From assembly GCA_050246815.1 (NCBI GenBank), contig JBFWVI010000005.1, positions 32,001 to 96,000 on the forward strand: DNA of 64,000 bases, given 5' to 3'. Made by a program: the position numbers and the translations under genes. The DNA comes from Bdellovibrionales bacterium. GTDB taxonomy: Bacteria; Bdellovibrionota; Bdellovibrionia; Bdellovibrionales; UBA1609. Below, one piece after another: positions 57,386 to 64,000 of the stretch. The notes under the pieces are model-generated. The model did no database searches. It was not told the DNA's origin and worked only from the letters and a program-made list of their open reading frames with translations. Numbering within the stretch: the stretch's first letter is position 1; each line of letters opens with the position of its first letter.

Positions 57386-58042
57386 TCAGATTGAGCACTG
57401 CAAATGGGGAGTTCGAGATTCGTTTAAAGTGATTGAGCCCAGCCAAAGTTCGCCGGTTCGAACCACCGCAAATAGCCAGGTGCCGGCCAAAACACTGATA
57501 TGGCGCTGATCTGTCGCATAAACGACCAGCGGCTGGTGCGAATGGTGCTGATTAAACCAGGTGGTCAACTCCATCCACTTGTTGCAGCCTGCGCCATAGG
57601 GCTCATCTCGAACATCGCGACGCCGGGCTTCACTTAAATAAAAAACCCTCATTTCACCGTCTTCTGGCGCCTTACTTAATTTCATTTGAGCGGTGAACCG
57701 ACCACGACTGCCGCGCACGCTTTGTGCCAAGTCGATAACCCCACCGCCCGTGGGCAATTGATAATGAACCGAATCGTTCAATGCATCGCCGGTTTTTGGA
57801 ACTAGGGTCAACTCAAGATCGAGCAGCTGCCGTTGCAAGCCGCCCATGATTTCCAAGTCCGAAAGAGACGTCACCGGGGTCAGTTTGTGCTGGGTCTTCA
57901 GGTACCAAGATTCAAGCTCTTTCACCAAGCTTTGCGGCACTTGCAAATCGCGGTTGGACTTGGTCACCTCGCCCTCTTCCATGGCGACAGCCAGGGGCGA
58001 CAGACCAAACCACAGCACCAGAAGCTGAACTTTAAAGGGCAC
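57386..58042 (-). CDS. Secreted hypothetical protein
   Basis: 218 aa; signal peptide; overlaps the stop of the upstream gene. Confidence 0.7.
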   Translation of the reverse strand: MPFKVQLLVLWFGLSPLAVAMEEGEVTKSNRDLQVPQSLVKELESWYLKTQHKLTPVTSLSDLEIMGGLQRQLLDLELTLVPKTGDALNDSVHYQLPTGGGVIDLAQSVRGSRGRFTAQMKLSKAPEDGEMRVFYLSEARRRDVRDEPYGAGCNKWMELTTWFNQHHSHQPLVVYATDQRHISVLAGTWLFAVVRTGELWLGSITLNESRTPHLQCSI

Positions 58043-59789
58043 TTTTGGTCTCCATCTGCCGCTTTAAGCGCAGATAGGGGCGGTAATCCGCAGCCACACT
58101 CGAGATCTCTTGCATGAGCTTTTGGGCTTCGGACTTGGATTGGCGCTGCCAATAAACTTCCGCCAAGCCCACTTTAGCCGAGGGAAGTTTGGGTTCCACT
58201 TGCAGCACTTTCATCCAAAAGTTGTTGGCGCACTCCAGGTCATCGCGCTCAAGACAAAAGCGTGCTTGCAGCAGAACGGGCAGTAAATATTCGTTGCGAC
58301 GGTCCAATTCGATAGCCCGGCCAAGTGCGACGCTAGCTTCGCCACCAAAACCCGCCGCGCGCAAAATTGCGGCGTACACCGCCTGCAACAAAGCGTCGCG
58401 CGGCGCCTGATTGATGGCCTTTTCAATCGCGGCCTTGGCTTGCAAATGCTGGCCCTGCTTGAACAGGCAAACTGCGCCCAGGGCGATTCCGCTGGGGATC
58501 TCTGCGCCGGCTTCGCTCAGCTCACGACACCAAGCCGCGGTGTGACTCCAATCCGCCGTCGGCTTGGCTACCAAAATGGGGTGGCGAAAATCATCGGTCT
58601 GCTGCGGGTCAACATCGATCACGCGGCGCAAATGCCGCTCCAGATCAGCGGCCGATATTTCATTGCGTACGAAATTCAAATACACTTCGGTTAAGCGCAA
58701 CTCTTGTTGATAATCCGCCCGTTCGCGCAAATAGGCTTGCAGTGTTTTACTGGTGGCGGCCATGGCTTCACGGTCATTTGAATTTTTGCCGATGTGAATC
58801 TGGGCGACCACCAATTGCAACAGCACTTCACCGCGTTTTAGGCCGCCGTTATAAACTTGCGATAGCATTTGGCGCGCGGTCGGGTAATCTTTTTTGCTCA
58901 AAGCCAGCATACCCTTGTTGGCTTTTGCCGGTAAAAAATTGGCATCTTTAGCCAGGGCCTTGCTTAAGCTTTCGTTGGCTCCTTGGGAGTCACCGTCGGT
59001 CATCTGAGCCAACGCCATGGCCGTCCATGCGGCGGCAGGTTCGTCGGTGCGCTCGTCGATCACTTTTTGCAAAAGCCGCTTGGCTTCGACTGTTTGGCCT
59101 TCGATCTGCACCAACATGGTGGCCAGCGGATACCAAATATCCTTGCGGCTTGGGTCATTGTTGTAGGCCTTTTTCAAAATCTCCAAAGCCGCGGCATAAT
59201 CTCCGTCGGCAAATAGATTTAATCCCATCACCACAGGATCCACGCGACCGCCGGCTTTAAGACTGCTCCAGTTGACTCTCTTCGCCCCCCAAAAGCCGCC
59301 CACCAAAAGTAAAACCAGAATCGTCAGTCCCCACATCCAGCGCGAGCCTTTTTCAGCCTCTTGCCGAATCATGCGTTCGTCGACTTGTCCCGCAGCTTGA
59401 AATCTTCCTTGAGCACCCGCACGTGGCGCACGCTGGTTGTCCGCAATATTGTCGTAAACGATCTCTTTGAGCTGATTTTGGAATTCGCTGATGTCTTCAG
59501 TGATATCGTCCGTAGAGCTGCCGTGAAGACTTTCGGTCATACTGCCGGTGACGCCGCCTGAAGTGGTGGTTCCTTCGTCGATGGACACATCTTCGTTGCG
59601 TAATTTCTCGAGCATTTCACGATAGGCCTGGTGATCGCGAATCAATTGCCAGCGCCGGGCTGGTTCGCAAATCTCATCGATCACGTGCAGCTCTTTGCTG
59701 CGTAAGAGACGCTCGATATCGTCTTGGTTGTAGGGCCCAAGAATACGCCCGCCAGATTTGATCAGCCAAACCGCTTCGTCGCGCTTCAT
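58032..59789 (-). CDS. GYF_2-like domain - TM - periplasmic TPR protein
   Basis: WLIKSGGRILGPY; acidic linker; TM WMWGLTILVLLLVGGFWG; TPRs. Confidence 0.8.
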   Translation of the reverse strand: MKRDEAVWLIKSGGRILGPYNQDDIERLLRSKELHVIDEICEPARRWQLIRDHQAYREMLEKLRNEDVSIDEGTTTSGGVTGSMTESLHGSSTDDITEDISEFQNQLKEIVYDNIADNQRAPRAGAQGRFQAAGQVDERMIRQEAEKGSRWMWGLTILVLLLVGGFWGAKRVNWSSLKAGGRVDPVVMGLNLFADGDYAAALEILKKAYNNDPSRKDIWYPLATMLVQIEGQTVEAKRLLQKVIDERTDEPAAAWTAMALAQMTDGDSQGANESLSKALAKDANFLPAKANKGMLALSKKDYPTARQMLSQVYNGGLKRGEVLLQLVVAQIHIGKNSNDREAMAATSKTLQAYLRERADYQQELRLTEVYLNFVRNEISAADLERHLRRVIDVDPQQTDDFRHPILVAKPTADWSHTAAWCRELSEAGAEIPSGIALGAVCLFKQGQHLQAKAAIEKAINQAPRDALLQAVYAAILRAAGFGGEASVALGRAIELDRRNEYLLPVLLQARFCLERDDLECANNFWMKVLQVEPKLPSAKVGLAEVYWQRQSKSEAQKLMQEISSVAADYRPYLRLKRQMETKSAL

Positions 59790-59897
59790 ACTTTACAAAT
59801 CGTCTCTGAAAATTATTTCAGTGTCATCAAGAGGTTAGCTCATTCTAGACACTGACTTGAAGTTTTCGACTAGATCTAGGTCGAGGCTAGAAGGGCT

Positions 59898-61427
59898 CTA
59901 ATGAGAAAAGTGTCGCTCGCCGGTTAAAACCATGGTGATTCCATGCTTTTGAGCGGCGGCTTTGACCTCATCATCGCGCATCGACCCGCCTGGCTGAATC
60001 ACGTAGCGAATGCCACTGGCCGCAATTTTTTCGATGGAGTCGGCAAAAGGAAAAAATGCATCGCTGGCCAACACCGCCTGCTTTTCGGAAACATGAAACT
60101 GCTGCCAACGCGAAAGCGCTTGGGCCACAGCGTCCACACGATTAACTTGGCCCATGCCCAATCCCAAAGTGCGGCCGCCACCAGCTACCGCAATAGCATT
60201 GCTTTTTAATCTGGCCGCCACTTTCCAAGCTAGCAGCAAATCAGATTGAACAGAACGGCTGGGCTTTTCACCCAAAATTGCCCACTCGGAATTCCATTCT
60301 GTGGGCAAACGATCTTGGCTTTGCACCAAAAAGCCGCCCAACACTGAACGGACCTTTAATGTGTCGCAACCTTCGGCCAAACGCGGCCACTTGAGCAGAC
60401 GCAAATTTTTCTTCGCCGCCATTGCCAGCAAAGCTTCGGGCTCAAAATCTGGCGCCACCACACATTCCAAAAATATTTTGCCTAACAGCTCGGCCATGGC
60501 GGCGGTGATGGTGAAGTTGGTGGCGACAATTCCACCGAAAACACTGACTGGATCGGCCTCTAACGCGCGCTTTAAAATCGAGGTGGCTCCATCAAATCCA
60601 GCCGCCACCCCACAAGGATTATTATGTTTCACGGCCACCGCGGCCGGCAAATGAAAGTCGGCCACCGTGGTGATCGCCGCATCCAAATCTAAAAGATTGT
60701 TGTAAGAAAGCTCTTTGCCTTGAAGCACTTGAGCTTGATGCAGACCGTTCAAAGCGCCCCGGCGCCGAAACCAGGCAGCTTGCTGATGCGGATTTTCACC
60801 GTAACGCAGGCCCTGCACAAAACCACCGCCCAGACTCCAATCAGGGCCATTTAAACCAAGCCCCAAATTGGCCGCGATCATCGCATCATAAGACGAGGTG
60901 TGGGCAAATACTTTGCTGGCCAAATGCTGGCGCCAAGCCAAATCGCCTGGCCCACGTTCAAGAACTTCAGCGTAGTCTTGCGGATCACACACCACACTCA
61001 ATCTTGAAAAGTTCTTGGCTGCCCCACGCAGTAATGATGGGCCGCCGATGTCGATAAATTCAATCAGCTCTTCTTGCGGCAAATTTTTGCCCAGTTGCTG
61101 TTCAAAAGGATAAAGATTCACAATCAAAAGATCGATGGGTTCTAATTTTTCTTTTTTCAGTAAGGCGTCGTCTTCTACATTCCCAACTCTGGAAAGCAGC
61201 GCCATATGGATGCGCGGATGAAGCGTTTTGACCCGTCCGTCCATCACCTCAGGAAATCCGGTTTGCTCAGAAACATCGATCACTTGAAAACCGTGGTCGC
61301 GCAGGTGCTTGGCCGTGCCGCCCGTCGAAAGCAGTCTAAGGCCCTTAGCCACCAGAGGCCTTAAAAAATCGACCAATCCTGTCTTATCAGAAACACTGAT
61401 CAGTGCATTGCGAAAGGTGGCGTTCAT
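59898..61427 (-). CDS. purH: Bifunctional AICAR transformylase/IMP cyclohydrolase
   Basis: ALISVSDKTG, GRVKTLHP, LRYGENPHQ, ASDAFFPF, GERHFSH. Confidence 0.98.
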   Translation of the reverse strand: MNATFRNALISVSDKTGLVDFLRPLVAKGLRLLSTGGTAKHLRDHGFQVIDVSEQTGFPEVMDGRVKTLHPRIHMALLSRVGNVEDDALLKKEKLEPIDLLIVNLYPFEQQLGKNLPQEELIEFIDIGGPSLLRGAAKNFSRLSVVCDPQDYAEVLERGPGDLAWRQHLASKVFAHTSSYDAMIAANLGLGLNGPDWSLGGGFVQGLRYGENPHQQAAWFRRRGALNGLHQAQVLQGKELSYNNLLDLDAAITTVADFHLPAAVAVKHNNPCGVAAGFDGATSILKRALEADPVSVFGGIVATNFTITAAMAELLGKIFLECVVAPDFEPEALLAMAAKKNLRLLKWPRLAEGCDTLKVRSVLGGFLVQSQDRLPTEWNSEWAILGEKPSRSVQSDLLLAWKVAARLKSNAIAVAGGGRTLGLGMGQVNRVDAVAQALSRWQQFHVSEKQAVLASDAFFPFADSIEKIAASGIRYVIQPGGSMRDDEVKAAAQKHGITMVLTGERHFSH

Positions 61428-62311
61428 GCCACCGCTTTTACCTCTGAAGATCCCGCTTGTCGACGCAAAACATAGGCCACCAAACCTGCCGTGACATACA
61501 TGATCAAAATGTAAAGCGCAGCGGGCACAGCAATGGGCGCACTATTGAGAAGATGGGGACTCATCGCAATACCCACCGCCAAGGCACAATTGTGAATGCC
61601 CAGCTCCATCACCACCGCCGCCATATCCGCCCGTGTTAATTTCAAAAGGCGGGCTCCCAAAAAACCAAAGCCCATGCTGCCCACATTGAAAAGCAAGACC
61701 GCAAGACCGGCCTCCATGACGCCTGAACGGATCAGCTCCCACTCGTTACGCACTCCAACCACAACGATGGTTAAAAGCAGCAAGATCGACAAGCGTGTGA
61801 CAAACTTTTCACAACGTGAGGCCAAATGGGGCCATCGGCGATTCATCCAAAAGCCCAGCATCATGGGCACCAGCAAAACCACCACCACCTGCATCAGCTT
61901 TTCGGTTTGAAGCGGAATCGCATTGGCCTCATGTGAGAAATACTGCAGACTCAAGCCCACTACGAGGGGCACAAATACAATACCGATCAGTGAGTTGATC
62001 GCGGTCAAAGTGATATTCAGAGCCACATTGCCCCTCGCCAAAAAGCTGAGCAAGTTGGCCGTGGGCCCCCCCGGCGTTGAAGCCAGCAGCATCAAACCAA
62101 TCGATAAAGGTGCGGACAATTGAAACACCCAACAAAGTAACGCCGCAAAAAGTGGAATGATCAGCAGTTGAATCCCCAACGCCACCCCCACCACTTTGGG
62201 TTGTTGGCGGACACGAATAAAATCCGCCATCGTCAGGGTCAAACCCAATCCCCACATCACCAGGGCTAAACAAACCGGAGCGAGCACTTGAACGATCATT
62301 GTTGTTTGCAT
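61424..62311 (-). CDS. Bile acid:sodium symporter family transporter
   Basis: MWGLGLTLT, PGGPTAN, GNVALNITLT, ELGIHN. Confidence 0.9.
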   Translation of the reverse strand: MQTTMIVQVLAPVCLALVMWGLGLTLTMADFIRVRQQPKVVGVALGIQLLIIPLFAALLCWVFQLSAPLSIGLMLLASTPGGPTANLLSFLARGNVALNITLTAINSLIGIVFVPLVVGLSLQYFSHEANAIPLQTEKLMQVVVVLLVPMMLGFWMNRRWPHLASRCEKFVTRLSILLLLTIVVVGVRNEWELIRSGVMEAGLAVLLFNVGSMGFGFLGARLLKLTRADMAAVVMELGIHNCALAVGIAMSPHLLNSAPIAVPAALYILIMYVTAGLVAYVLRRQAGSSEVKAVA

Positions 62312-62340
62312 AATTTTAGCCTAGCTTTTGCTTCACGGAA

Positions 62341-62416
62341 CAGGTAGGCCCTTCTTTTTCCGTCTGCACCGCGTCGTTTACGACGTGGTGCAGACGGAAA
62401 AAGAAGGGCCTACCTG
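62341..62416. repeat. Long palindrome (REPIN-like) related to 39484-39559
   Basis: 30-bp perfect arms CAGGTAGGCCCTTCTTTTTCCGTCTGCACC plus inner CGTCG/CGACG; contains the mlaD stop codon. Confidence 0.9.
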
Positions 62417-63762
62417 AACGAAACTTTTGAAGCCAGCATTTTCAGGTCGTCGTTGGTGATGAAGATGCCCGCGCCAATAAAGCCGCTGGCCACGTCGTTG
62501 TTGGACTCAGCCAAGTTGTCGCCACCAGCGATCACATAGACGCCTTTCATGAAGTTGTAACGGGCGAAAGCGCGAATATACAAATCGCTAAAGTTGAAAA
62601 ATTCGGCCGACAACTGCAGGCTTTTGCCAAACAGGTGATAGTCAAAACCCACCCCACCGGCGTTTTCGATCAAACCGCCTTTAACCGTGAAGTCATAGAA
62701 GTTCTTTGCGAACAAGGCACTGAATTTCACGCGATTTTTGTAGGTGGTGGTTTTATCCACTGTGGTGGTGGGACCGCCGGATGGAGTTGATTCAGAACGC
62801 TCCGAACGAACCACACCGCGCGGATCGTCGATTACCGCCAGCTCATAGTAGCGATCAAGACCAGGTTGGATTTTCACGCCGATATAAGATTTGGTCAAAT
62901 CGACGCCAGTCAGATACTCCGAGTGAAAGTCGATTGAGGTTTCAAGCTTGTCGGCACCGCCCAAGAAATTGTTCACGTTGGTGATCGCCGAATTAAGTTG
63001 CTCGACAGTTTCTTCGTCGTTGATTAGGCGGCCCAGGGTGCCTTCGCCACGATTCACTTTGTCGGTGATCTCCTCGATATTACGAATCGCTTGGTCCACC
63101 CGCGCTAAAGTCTGGTCGTTCACGTAAGTGTCGACGTTTTTGGTGATGTTTTGCACCCGCGCGATGATCTCGTTGATCTTGTCTTTGTTCTGGCCTGTGA
63201 CCTCTGACAAGTCTTTGCTGACTTTTTCGATATTTAAAATAATTCGTCCCACCGGAGACGTCGGGTCACCTTCGCCTTGGGTTGCCGCGTTCAGTGTGCC
63301 CGCCAATTCATTCAAAGACTTGGCGATCTTAGAAACCTCTTTCATGACGTCAGACAAATTGCCACGATCGACAATTTCGATAATTTGTGAGCCGCTCTTC
63401 AACTCGGGCTCGTCAGGCTGACCGGGGGTGAGTTCGATATGTTTGTCACCCAAAATACCATCGGATTTCAACTCCACGCGCGTGGAGGGGGTGATGCGCG
63501 CATCATTGTCCAAGCGCACTTTGATGCGGGCACGACCGCCGTCAAGCTCGATTTGATCGATCAAACCGATTTTGATTCCAGCCATTTTCACCGCGCTATT
63601 TTTGACCAAACCGCCCGCATCAGGAATGGTAAACCAATAGACATTGTCACCGCCAAAAAGTTTAGGCCCTTCGGCCACCTTGACGGACATCACCCCGATT
63701 AACGCAGACACTGCGACAACCAAGATACCGACTTTGAATTCGGGGGTCTGGAAGAGGTTCAT
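62410..63762 (-). CDS. mlaD: Long MlaD/MCE protein with helical stalk and C-terminal beta-rich domain
   Basis: N-terminal TM; AGGLVKNSAVKMAGIKIG, GILGDKHIELTPG; GEGTLGRLIND; beta-strand C-terminus. Confidence 0.88.
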   Translation of the reverse strand: MNLFQTPEFKVGILVVAVSALIGVMSVKVAEGPKLFGGDNVYWFTIPDAGGLVKNSAVKMAGIKIGLIDQIELDGGRARIKVRLDNDARITPSTRVELKSDGILGDKHIELTPGQPDEPELKSGSQIIEIVDRGNLSDVMKEVSKIAKSLNELAGTLNAATQGEGDPTSPVGRIILNIEKVSKDLSEVTGQNKDKINEIIARVQNITKNVDTYVNDQTLARVDQAIRNIEEITDKVNRGEGTLGRLINDEETVEQLNSAITNVNNFLGGADKLETSIDFHSEYLTGVDLTKSYIGVKIQPGLDRYYELAVIDDPRGVVRSERSESTPSGGPTTTVDKTTTYKNRVKFSALFAKNFYDFTVKGGLIENAGGVGFDYHLFGKSLQLSAEFFNFSDLYIRAFARYNFMKGVYVIAGGDNLAESNNDVASGFIGAGIFITNDDLKMLASKVSFR

Positions 63763-64000
63763 CCCTTCTTAAACCCTTTCGCCAAAAATTTTTGGATCAG
63801 TTCATTTTCAGATTTGTAAAAGAGCTCAGGCTCGCCGGCCAAAAGCACTTTGCCTTTGTCGAGCATCACCAGGTGTTCACCGATGTTGAATGCGGCGAAG
63901 ATGTCGTGTGAAACCACGATGCTCGTCGAACCAGCGTGGTTTTTGTGAGTGTCATGAATCAAATTGTCGACCATCTCGGTCAAAATCGGATCAAGACCCG
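63759..64000 (-). CDS. mlaF: MlaF-type ABC ATPase, C-terminal fragment (start lies beyond the window)
   Basis: GLDPILTEMVDNLI...IVVSHD...LDKGKV; overlaps the mlaD start. Confidence 0.8.
   Translation of the reverse strand, partial: GLDPILTEMVDNLIHDTHKNHAGSTSIVVSHDIFAAFNIGEHLVMLDKGKVLLAGEPELFYKSENELIQKFLAKGFKKG

Overview
A 64-kb, gene-dense chromosomal window, most likely from a predatory Bdellovibrionota bacterium (inferred from the split nuoB-CD-E-F-G-I block, a Glt-like TPR/FHA-TonB/beta-barrel cluster, GYF-PilZ proteins, a long MlaD and many signal-peptide orphans). Core genes: ribH-ribB(X)-ribE, clpB, a flagellin, a sigma-54 activator, a Xer recombinase, gmhB, recO, ugd, the soluble nuo arm, an S8 protease, a heterodimeric ABC exporter, rsmI, a YhaM-like nuclease, purH and mlaD/mlaF. 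I saw no rRNA, tRNA, CRISPR array or transposase. Most interesting unexplained elements: (1) a 35-aa hydrophobic micro-ORF behind clpB with an occluded RBS and an antisense terminator (type I toxin-antitoxin-like); (2) a divergent small-ORF/structured-RNA island at 33.1-34.4 kb with switch-like RBS pairing, followed by a sigma-54-preceded 1088-aa secreted Cys-His enzyme; (3) secreted orphans with toxin-like domains, sigma-54 sites and a shared terminal C-[DE]-x-[WH]-L motif; (4) a sigma-28-preceded, motor-less Glt-like envelope operon headed by a GYF-GYF-PilZ protein; (5) a FecR plus TPR/beta-barrel pair; (6) two related GTAG-initiated long palindromes. All family calls are by-eye motif recognition; no searches were run.
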